64,000 nt of DNA from Chrysomallon squamiferum (taxonomy: Eukaryota; Animalia; Mollusca). Where the stretch lies: the NCBI GenBank assembly GCA_012295275.1, contig CM022675.1, positions 11,098,001 through 11,162,000 on the forward strand, written 5' to 3'. Every line of letters begins with the position of its first letter. Within the stretch, counting starts at the first letter, position 1. The notes under the pieces are model-generated. The model was not told where the DNA came from. It ran no database searches and was given only the letters and a program-made list of their open reading frames with translations. Shown here piece after piece: positions 15,028 to 28,154 of the stretch. The translations under genes and the position numbers were made by a program.

Positions 15028-15667
15028 ATGTTAATAGTGTTAGTAGTAGTAGTAGTGGTAGTATGGTAGGAGTAGTAGTAGTAGTAATAGTGACAGTAAT
15101 AGTATTAATAATAGTAGTAGTAATAGTATTACTAATAGTAATTATTGTAATTATAGTAGTGACTACTATTTCTAACACTGACGATGATGATGATGATTAT
15201 AATGATTATAAAAAAATACGTATGTAGGTACATAAATAAATAAAAGTCGTTTATTCGTCAATCTGTCTTCCTCTCTTTCTTTCTCTCTTTCTATTTCTAA
15301 TTCTCTACAAAACATTTTTTTTTTTTTTTTTTTTTTGTGTTCATAGATAGAAACACAGATCTAGAGCAAGCATCCATGTCTCTGATTTTTGTTCAGGTAA
15401 ATTATTAATACGTCATCATTAGGCAGTGACAGAATCTTTTATTTATAGCACAAACCCAACCCAGTTTCGCTGCCCTTTGTTTATGTCTTGTAAACTAAGA
15501 AATGTTAATATTTCAGTGAAAACAGCTGAAACGGTTAATCCATAATAGCGCAAAATAAACAGGACGAAAGGAAAGTCATCAATTTATCTACGATTATGGA
15601 TTTGTTAATAAACAAAATGCTCTTTTTTTTTCTGCTTTAATTTTACATCTCACAGTTAAACTTCATC

Positions 15668-16227
15668 GTCTAAAAAATTCAACGACATAAAGTCGCTTTT
15701 CTATATCTGTTTGTGTGTTTGTATATGTGTGTGTGTGAACGTGTATGAATTTATTATAAAAGATCATACATTCATTTTATATGTTTATATGTGTGTGTGT
15801 GTGTGTGTACAGAAAAATCATGCATCCATTTTATTTTATTTTCTGTTCTTTTCTTTCTTTCTTTCGTTCTTTATTTACCTTCAGTGATATAAACTTTGTA
15901 TATAATTATATTACGGACTAAATAAATCATGCTAGTGTCACTTTTGATAACAAACCGACCAGATGCTTAACGCATTAAGCACGCTCATACAAAACAAATG
16001 ACTTTCAATTTTACATAAATAAAACACCGAGAGAATGGATGTATATCAATATTATAGCTTTCTCCCGAGAAATTCAAGGTTGTTGGATCAATTCGCGATA
16101 ATTATCTATTTTAGCTAGCGTTCCATGACCAGCGTGTGGAAAGCACAGTTTTGCTGTCTATGGGTAGGTGGAGATAAGGATCGTTTATTGCTATATAGTA
16201 AGAATAACCTTTGCATAGTCGTGAGCT
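15668..16227 (+). repeat. Local direct duplication, copy 2 (~560 bp)
   Basis: Aligns with 12912-13425 with several indels. Confidence 0.92.
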
Positions 16228-16309
16228 CTTTCTTTAAATGACAATAAAATAATATTCGAGAGGACACAGAATTTAAAAAAATAATTTGATGCTACTGATA
16301 TATATGTGC

Positions 16310-16362
<53 letters not shown>

Positions 16363-16504
16363 TGTGTGTGATTATATTGTTATTTCGTTCACTGAACAAC
16401 TTAATTCACAAGCAGATCAAATGATAGACTGCGGACATAAAAAAGACAAATGTATAATTATGTTTTTCATTTTACTTTATTAAACTACCATCATCATCAT
16501 CGTG

Positions 16505-16544
<40 letters not shown>

Positions 16545-17134
16545 CCATTATTATTATTATTATTATTACTATTATTATTATATCTATTATTATTATTATT
16601 ATATCTATTTTAAAAAATCATATGTCAGCTGAAAGATTAGTCACATTGTCATTTTAATCGTTAAAGTCATCAGAGATAACGCCCTCTCTTCTCAAATCGT
16701 GAAACCGCCCTTGCAAAAAGGTGTCAGGAGAACAAAATTTTGTGATATATTATATCTCTCCATGAATGCAGTGCTAAAACCGGCTAACTACAGCTATCAC
16801 CTGCACTATGTATCATTTTACGCTTGTGGGCTCATTCATTTTCAATGCATAATATATGGAACTCATATGCATATCATTTGCATAACACTATCGCAAAGGT
16901 TAAGTGCGTTTTAATTAAAGCTTCCTCAATTAATTCGGCGCTGTTGAGACAGAGTTTCGTTGCGGAGGAAGCATGATTTATCTCTTTCTAATTATTTCAG
17001 ATTTTAACGGTGCTTGTACAAGCTGTAACCTGTTCTTTTTTGTGTGTGTGTGTGTGTGTTTCTTTTACGTATTACTTATTGCAAGTGAGAAAGTCGCGTG
17101 GTCTATGCGTTAAAGCTAGACTGAGGAAAGGATG

Positions 17135-17248
<114 letters not shown>

Positions 17249-17365
17249 AGGAGAAAGAGATAGAAAGAAAGAGAAACACAGGTAGACGGAGATGTAGATA
17301 GAAAGAACAAAGAACAAATAAAGGGAGACAGAAATGCATATAGACACAGACAGACAGACAGAGGT

Positions 17366-17398
<33 letters not shown>

Positions 17399-17629
17399 GT
17401 AGATATAAATAGAGAGATATAGGATCTAGACTCAGTAACAGACAAACAAACAAAGAGAAGCTGTCAGGCAGGAACAGAGAAATAAAACAAAGAAAAGATG
17501 CGGATAGACAAAAATAATGTGAAAGAAAGACAACGAGAGAAAGAATTAGTGGCAAGAACAGAAATAAACAGAGACAAACAGACAGACAGAGAGACAGACA
17601 GACAGAGCGACCGACGAAAAGATATAACG

Positions 17630-17760
<131 letters not shown>

Positions 17761-18508
17761 TATTCAAGGTGATTTCACATTTATAAAAAAATTCTCCTAA
17801 TCTGTATTCATTCGTGTAGTCAGTCAAACCATTAAATATTTATAACATCCATGTTACCGTACTATATAATACTACTGAACTGAAGTGATTAAAACACAAC
17901 ATGATCGTGCTATTGTTTCGTGGTTACTCATATAACAACCTGGAAACTTCGTCATTTGCTCGAGTCTCTGATTGCACTAACCATCCCTGATCGTTTAGTC
18001 ACAGAAATATTCGTTACCGTCACTGTTTTTATTTCAAACATAATCCTACAGATATGATGCCGAACAATAACGTAAAGTGTGATTGTTGTTTCGTCCGGAT
18101 TAAAACTGATCGTTTGATTGTTGTTGTTGTGATGCAGTTGTTTAGGGATTGGCCCACACGTGTTAGTATTTTGTTTCAGATTACCGTCCCTTCTGCGTAG
18201 ATATGCTTATATACTTATACACACATACATCCTGGCTTAGAGACAGATTGACATATCAATAGAAAGAAAGATAGACAGGTACACAGAGAGAGATAGATAT
18301 ATACACAGAAACGTAGATATATAGATAGATAGATAAATGCATAGAACTATGGATATATAGGTAGATAGATAGACAGATAGACAGACAGCAGACAGACAGA
18401 TAGATAAATAAATAAACATAAATAAATATAGACAAATAGACATAAAGACAGATACATAGATTAACTGACATATATTTATATATAGCAGACTAATATATAT
18501 ATATATAT

Positions 18509-18548
<40 letters not shown>

Positions 18549-18604
18549 ATAGATGAATCTTATTACTATAACGTTTTTCATATACCTGTTCTATTTCTTT
18601 TCCT

Positions 18605-18650
<46 letters not shown>

Positions 18651-19002
18651 TTATTTATTTATTTATTTTTAAAATAACATTTTTACACACAGTTTTATGC
18701 ACATTCTGATTCTTTATGCTTAAAATTAAAGATAATAAAAAATAATAATTGCGGACGTTATTTGAATCTGATTTATTGTATTGAAATCAAACGAATACAG
18801 TAAACACATTTAAGCCATGGTGCACAGAATACATTGTACAATATACATTATTATTTTATTTTCAAAATTGACAGCGTTAATTCATTACAGACTTCTTAAA
18901 TAGAAAATACAGGGGAAAATGTTGCTAATGCTTCATAATTGGGAATAAAAATAATAATAATTATGATAATAATGCTGGTGATAGATGATGATGTTCATGA
19001 CG

Positions 19003-19059
<57 letters not shown>

Positions 19060-19269
19060 TAACTGAAGGAATCACAAATGGTATAAACCGAAGTGAACAA
19101 AATTATACTGAAAAAGTTAAGTAATTAATAATATCACATAATCATCATCATCATCATCATCATCATAATTATCATTACAAATGTCTTTCATAATATTAAT
19201 CATAATCATCATTATTATCATTATTTTAACTAAAATATTTTAAAGGTGAAAATAATAAAAATAATAATA

Positions 19270-19322
<53 letters not shown>

Positions 19323-19759
19323 CTCAAAGATATAGTGCATTATAAAAAAACAAAAAAAACAAATGTTGATAAACATACCGTGACTGAAGTCAAAGCACGC
19401 CTGCAGTGTACAGATAAATAAATAATTATTACTTATATACCTATTTAATCAAGTAGAAGGCATATTTCCTGTTTTAGAATATTTTTGTTAAAATATTCAA
19501 GAGGACATAAGTCACGCTAGAGTGACTTCTTATGTTCAATGGACCAAAACATTTTTTTCCTGTTTCTTAACGCCTTGTGTTATTTATAATAAATGTCGCT
19601 CCAGATATATCCTTTAAAGTCTATTTTAAATTTTGTTACGCTCCGATGATTTTTCAACTTCGTTTATTAGATCGTTGCGCCTAATTTTAAGGAAAAAAGA
19701 AAATAACTCTAATAAGTGAAAAGAAAAGAAAGAACTAAAAGAAAAAGAAAAAACAGAGA

Positions 19760-19808
<49 letters not shown>

Positions 19809-19923
19809 GAATCATCTAGTTCGGTATTTTTATTCCTAATTACTCCACGTATTAGATTCAATTATTATTATTATTATTATTGTTGTTGTTGTTGTTGTCA
19901 TTACTGTTGTTGTTACTATTATT

Positions 19924-19976
<53 letters not shown>

Positions 19977-20299
19977 GTTTGTACTGTTTCACACAATAAC
20001 GAAACAAGAATAATAATAATAATAAATTTAAATAAATAAAATAAATATAAACAAACAAAGTAAAAAAGTGAAGAAACAAAATCATTTTTAAAGTCACCAA
20101 AGTATTTATATTAAAAAAAAACAATTAAAAAAATTTAAAACAATAAAATAATAAAATGAAAGTACAGAATATTATTTCACATAACAAAAATTAAACATAT
20201 CAAAGGAAATAATCGCATACTGACCTGGTCAAAAAAATGAACAAACCAGAAAATTGTGCACGAAATGAAAAAATAATCTGGAGGAATACAAATACTTCT

Positions 20300-20984
20300 C
20301 GTTTTGGGTATGTATGTATTTATAATGATTTAACCTTTTTTTCCTTAAAGCTACTTCATAAAAGTCCATAAAAGGACAATTTTATATAATATATACTCGA
20401 CTACTTCAAAATACAGCACTGACGTACGCAATAATAACATAATAACAAACACATTCATAAACCTACTTCATCGTTATTATGTACAACACTGAGGTTCAAC
20501 ATTATAATGGAACTTTTTTCTTTCATATTATACTTCATAAAGCTGAACTCGTATTCATATTGCAGAAGTGTTTCAATATAGATTCAGATTTCGTAAGACA
20601 AAAAACTGTATACATATTGCAAAAAAAAAATGCTGTTATGGAGACGAATCTTGTAGGTAAATAAGTAGTCATAATACTACTTATTAAAAATTACACTGAA
20701 TAGACAGCACGGATTTATTTTGTACATGTAAGACAGTAATATTAAATCTTGTTTCCTAATTCAGTCTAATCGTAAAAGGATTTTCAACAACAGATGAATA
20801 CATATATATGTATATATGTATTTATATAAAGAGATAAATATATATATTTTTTTTTCTGTTGTATATATATATATACATCGAACTGTTATGAAAAATTAAT
20901 TTATAAAATAATATTTATAACTGTTTCAATTTTATTAAAGTTTTATTGCTATATCTGAGTATTCTGATATAATAATACTAATAC

Positions 20985-21037
<53 letters not shown>

Positions 21038-22434
21038 CATTGTATATAATTACAGCACTGGTTCTGATAAATATTTTCGAACTAAATAAAAATGTTTTAG
21101 CCTTTAAGAATTTGTTGTTAATTGTTTTTCTTTCTTGTTTGTTTTTGTTAATAAAATAATAATTTTGTTAACAATTATTCATAATTTTCTTGGTACTGAC
21201 ATAAATCTATTTTATTTACTACAGCTGAAAACTGATATTATAGAAATATGTTTATCAAACTGTTACCGACAACTTTGGAGAAAAAAAAAATGTTTTAATT
21301 CATATATGTATTATTGTGATAAGTTTTATTCATAATGTCAAAACCCTATTTAATAAAACATTGTATACCCAGAATTATTATTAATATGCAGTTCTGTTAT
21401 CAACTATTTCATCGAAAATTATGTTTTATTCATTACAATATCATTATATTTAACTGTGTTTTCATAAAATTAATGGTATTTCATAATTTTGACTTTCAAA
21501 ATGTTTTTTCTGTCTTTTAGGAACTATTTAGTTACTAAATAAAAAAAAAAAATAAAATAAAATAAAAAAAATTAAAATGAATGATTATTCGTAAAATTAT
21601 TGTTATATTTATTTTAATTCATAAATTTCATAAAATAGCAAAGCACAAAAAAATAATGGATCTGTTTAAAAGTACTTCATTATCAAGGTTAATTATAGTA
21701 TTTTTATTACAGAAATTTTATAATAAAGTACCTTTACGAAACATTATTAACGTTATCTCAAATTAATAAAATTACTTTTCTTATACAATGTACAGAACAG
21801 TTTTCCATATAATAAATATGTTATTACTTATAGTCGATGTTTATACATACCAAAGCACTGCTTTGAAACTACTTCATACGGCAGCACTAATCATTGTAAA
21901 GCTACTTCATAAAAGAGCACTGACAAAAAAAAAAGCTACTTCGCGTTTTATTGCAAGTTACGGAGAATAATGAAACTTGTAAAACTAGTTTCATAGAACA
22001 ATAGTGTTATAATTCATACAACAGTATTTGTTTGTTGTTACGAAAGAAAGCACTTACACATATTAATGATTGCACTGTCAAAAAAAAAAAGCCGTAGTAA
22101 TAATGTACTACAGTGGATCTTTGAAATCAACATTATCGTAACATATTCGAGTTTAATACTTACAGTATGGGCATCTTTCTCACACAGATTCGCCGTAATA
22201 ATTATTGTTTGTCAGCAAGAATTGCAATGCATAGTAATACAGTTGTTACATATTCAGTGATCTACTAAAAATGATCAATGAGAATTTCATTTCTCGTTTG
22301 TTTTGTAAATAAAGAATTTTAAATGGCATTGGTAATGCAGTTTCGAAATAATATTCAAAAGTTGTAAATTAATTATCAAATAATGTAAGTCAGTGATTTG
22401 GTGAACACAAATTATAAGAATAATAATAATAATA

Positions 22435-22500
<66 letters not shown>

Positions 22501-22594
22501 GTAATTATAAAATTAAGTATTAAGTTTTTGAAATAATTGGAGGTAATTTGTTTTAATAACTTTATTATTATCATCATCATCTATGATTATTATC

Positions 22595-22638
<44 letters not shown>

Positions 22639-24149
22639 CATCAATATCAATATATATATATAAATAAAATAATAATGATGATTGCGATTATTGTAATTAA
22701 AGCAAATCCCGTGAAGTATATATTTATCACAAAGATAAGTACAGCTATACTGAAAAGAAAAAAAATATATATCACACATCATACAGTGGTATTTACCCTT
22801 TTATATACTTTGGAGCAGGAATGGTAGGATGGTATAATTTGTTTTTCCTAAATCAAGAACTCTAGTATTAGAAATTTTAACACATTTTGTATTATTTAAT
22901 CTTTATGCATCCATCCATACACACATGTCTATAAAGATTAAATAATACAAAACGTATATATTGTGACTGCTTAACTAGACTAAAATATATTTCTTATTTC
23001 TTATTGTTTCCAGCTTTAGTAAGTAATATTCAAAGTTGTAAGTATAAGATAGAAAGCAAATAAATAATACTATTAGCACGATATGACAAAGAGAATATGA
23101 ATACACATTTGTTTTCATTTTATTATGCTTCTCGTATTTAACTGTTTACTTAACGAACAAGACAGAATATTCCTGTGTTCCTTAAACACTGTTGTTGATG
23201 GCTCACAATGCACATAATTACAGGTAAAATAAATGTCATGGGGAGAGGCTAAGAATTTGCCTTCAGTCTAAAACACCACAGTACTTTTGTACACAAATTC
23301 ACAATAGCATCAAGGAAAATCTCCTGCTTTTATTTTTCTTCTTCTTTTATTTATATGACTAACACAACTGGAGAAGAATAATAACATTAAAATATATCTG
23401 AATATTTTTTGGTTATTTTTTGTCTTTTTGCTCTGTCTCTTGTTAAATAATTTGATGTATACGTCGGTTAATTTTTTTTTTTTGAAGTTTTTTTTTCTTC
23501 GTGTATTTTTCACAATCGTTCTTGTCCTATTAGCATTAGACTAGTTCTAGTCGTGCGCTAATTTGAATATGCTGCGCTTCATGCAAATGTTATCACATCT
23601 TTGAACGGCACACGGCTCTCAGTCTAGTCGGCCATTTTAGAATTTTTGTCCAGCTCGTAATTCTTTTTTGTTTTTCTTCTTTTAAGTTTTTTGTTTTTCT
23701 TGTTGTTGTTTTGTTTCTTTTGCTTATCCTAAACTGTTTTTGGGTTTCTTATTTGAACTGTTTAACCCTGAGTTTCTATAAAACCACGTGACGTTTTAGT
23801 CGAATCACGTTTCGCACCACTGAAATTCTTGCACACGTCACACAATTCTGCACAAGGGCACGTGATCAACTCACACAAATAAAAAAACCGGGAGTGCCAG
23901 ACTGATTTTTTTTTTTTTTTTTTTAAATTGTTATTATTCTTATTGTTATTATTATTTTTGCTCTTTCTCATTTTCTCATTTTTTCTCATTTTTTTTTCTC
24001 ATAAGTATCAGTTTTTCTTTATTGTTCTTTTGCGCCTGCGCATGCACAAAAATATACCCGTCTTCCGTCGGAAAAAAAAAAAGAAATTGAAAAACAATTG
24101 AAATAAAATAAAAGAAAGAAATTTATCTAAAATATTCGTTGATACGTCC
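20300..24149 (-). other. Lox4: Putative long Lox4 3'UTR (3' end uncertain)
   Basis: AU-rich sequence after the stop codon, with many minus-strand seed matches to conserved miRNAs, Pumilio elements (UGUACAUA 20485-20478, UGUAUAUA 20877-20870) and several AAUAAA/AUUAAA hexamers. The end near 20300 is inferred only from where motif density stops. Confidence 0.5.
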
Positions 24150-24452
<303 letters not shown>

Positions 24453-25757
24453 TTAAAATGTAAATTATATGAATAAATGATGTATCGTCGTTATAATATT
24501 AATATATTGTCGACATCCAAGGAACTCCATTTAGATCAAGGCCTAGTCTGTTGCTATCGATTATCAACAATGCAACTGTTATTTGCAGGAAATATATGTA
24601 CAGCGATAAATGTACTGCAGATATTGATATAGATGAGTCTTCTTGGTTACAATAGTAATATGAAGAAATATGAACGTATATATCTATATCTGTGTGTGTA
24701 CGTGCGTATATATATAAACACACATACATATGTATATATAAAAAATTTATATAAAAAATAAGTAGTAGTAATAATAATAATAAATAAAACAGAAATAAGG
24801 CATTGAAAAGATTAAACTAAAACACACTATTCCACTATATAAGAACACGAATAAAAAAAAAAAAAAAAAAAAAAATAAAAAAAAAAAATAAAATAAATAT
24901 AAAATAAATAAACAAACAAATAAATAAATAAATAAATAAAATAATAGCATGTTTACTTTAAATATTTATTTATTATTATTATTTTTTTTTTTTTTGTTTT
25001 ATGAACGTTACAGAGTTAAGTTATTTTATATTTGTTTTAGTTGTTTTAAAATACAAAACTGTCCATACATTCATCAAATCTGTAATATATCATTAACATT
25101 ATTATTGATATTAGCATTTTTGTTGCTGTTCTTCGCCTTTTTCTTCTTCTTCTTCTTCTTCTTCTTCTTCTTCTCCTTCTTCTTCTTATTATTATTATTA
25201 TTATCATTAATAATATTATTAATTTAAAAAAAAACAGTATCAGAATTGTCGCTTTACTAACTGTTTCTATAATATTCAGAAATATATATATATATATATA
25301 TATATTCAAATGAAAGACAGAAACAATATCTATATAAATATTTCTTCAGCCTGATTATTTTTCCTATTTAGCACTTTTTTTTTTTTTTTGCTTTTCTTTT
25401 TTCCTCCCGCAATTTCTAATCGGGTTGGGTAAACTCGCACAGTGTGAAAGCGGCTTAACGGATATCCATTATCAAAGCCAGATCTCTTCTGGTTTTCTAA
25501 TTTAAGAGTACAGACAAAAGCAATAAAATCTAGACGAAACGTCCCAGAAATTTTTATGGCCGCAAAATCGCAGACTCAATTCCACTTTCCTATACTGAAA
25601 GGGGGAGAGAGAAAAAAGGCGAAGAAGAAAGAAAAAAAAAAAAAAGTATTTAAAACAGCCAGGAGATTCTTTACAAAACGTTTGAGCAACATGATAGCTG
25701 GAATGAAACAAAAACAAACCAATCTTTCCATCTATCCACAAAAGTGTAAGTTTAAAG

Positions 25758-25802
<45 letters not shown>

Positions 25803-26342
25803 TGAAGAAAAAGGAAAATGTAGAAGAAGACGAAGAAGAAGAAGAAGAAAAAAAATAACGTTCTGCGATTGTTGAGTTTTGATTTAAGATAGAAAAGCCA
25901 CACACACAGAAACACACACATACACGCACACACACATACATCCACATACATACACACACAGAGACACATACATATATACAGCCTAACACACATACACACA
26001 TATCTCGCACACACACACACATATATATACTACGTTCATACATATATACAAGACATAAGTGTGTTTATCCTTCATGTTGCAAATTCATAATATCTTTGCA
26101 TCATGCAAAAGACATAAAAATGTGTCTGTCAGATTATAATTTTAAAACTGCTTTCTTACTTTTATATTCTATGAAAAACGTCGTTTGAGTTTATTTTGAA
26201 TAGACATAGTTAATTAAGAAACTGTGTTATTTCGTTTTTATAATAGCTCGATGTTTTAGCATTAATATCAAGAAGAAGAAGAAGAAGAAAAATGGTATAG
26301 AAGCAGACGATGAAAACTGATGAACACATGATAGATCGAAAA

Positions 26343-26373
<31 letters not shown>

Positions 26374-26549
26374 ATAGAGAGCTAATAAATAAATAGAGAG
26401 TTAAATAAATAAATAAATAAAAATCCCAGAAGAAAATTAACGAATTGTGAATGTACAGATACATAAATCAAACGATAAATAAATTTTACACGTATATATC
26501 TACATCTATATCTATCCATCTATTTTTATAAACAAATAAATAAATTAAA

Positions 26550-26585
<36 letters not shown>

Positions 26586-26686
26586 AATTAATAATAATAA
26601 TAATAATAGTAACTAAAGTTAAAAATAAAAAATATAAAAATAATTAAGTATAAACAAATACGTTTAATTTTCTTTTTCTTATTTTA

Positions 26687-26719
<33 letters not shown>

Positions 26720-26747
26720 GTTGTTGTTGTTGTTGTTATTATTAAAT

Positions 26748-26782
<35 letters not shown>

Positions 26783-27015
26783 TAGTAGATGCTGAAGATC
26801 AAATAATCACACCTATTTGTATTTGAAATATTATATATGGAAACTAATTATATATTTTCAGTTCAGAACATTGGATAATATAGCTACAAAATGCAGGTTT
26901 GTTCAGTTTCATTAATAAATATTTGGACAGATAAGAAAACGACAGCAACAACAACAACAGTCAAACGAAAAAAAGAATTAAGATATTTTTAGTGCCAGTT
27001 ATTTAATGATATTGT

Positions 27016-27066
<51 letters not shown>

Positions 27067-28063
27067 TTAAGACTTTCTCTTACTATTCTAAGCAACTTCA
27101 TTCTCTCATTTGTTTGGCTTTCTATTATTCTTTGAGTTTTTGCATCTTTACTTTCTTTTTTTCTTTATTTGCACATTTGGTTGATTCTCTTTATTCCATT
27201 ATTTATATCCATCTTTCCATCAAGCCTCTTTCTTTCTTTCTTTCTTTCTTTTCTTTTATAAATCACAATGTATAATCCTCATTTTCAAATCTTTTAATCA
27301 CCCTTTTCCGTCTCATTTTTTTTTTTTTTTTTTTTTTTATTTAAAAAAAAAAATGTCTTTTGATATTCTCACACATTCTCTGCTCTATTTTAATTCTCGC
27401 AGACACCAAATTTTTTAACGAAAATTAGAGACTGCTACTAACTCTTAATCCAGAGAAGGGAGAACATAAATCTAACCAACAATTCAAGTTTCCATCAACT
27501 CCTTAAACTCCGGTCAAATTTTGACGGTTTAGATTTCTACAACTTCGAGTAAATCATCGTTTCCTTTTTTTTGTTTGTTTCGCCACGAGCCCTTCCAAAT
27601 CCTGGTTTATGTGCATCCTAGTATAAAGTCCAAAAGGAATAGCAAAACCATGATCATTTGATGACCGAAAGAGCGATCAAGACAACAGCCCGGTTTTAAA
27701 AGCTCGCTGAATGAAGGTCCATTGTGCAGGCGTTTGTGCCCAGCGAAACAAGAGCTATAAATTTCGTGCGGTCGTCCCCTAATTTCGAAAGCAATGAGAT
27801 TTATACGATAGCCTATTGTTTCGCCGCTGATGTCTCCTCCAACAAAAGCTGCGCACCAAACAAGAGATGCGAAACCCAAAACCCTTATAGTACCATTTGG
27901 CCGTGTTTATCGTGTGCAAAAAAAAACTTTGGCATAAATCATTGAGGACTATACTCAGGTGCAAAGGATAACAAAAAAAATTCCAAACGGAGATGTATTA
28001 GATTGAATTAAAATCTGACCGGGACAGAGTCTGTGAGTGGCGAGAAAAGAGAGACAGAGAGAC

Positions 28064-28154
<91 letters not shown>

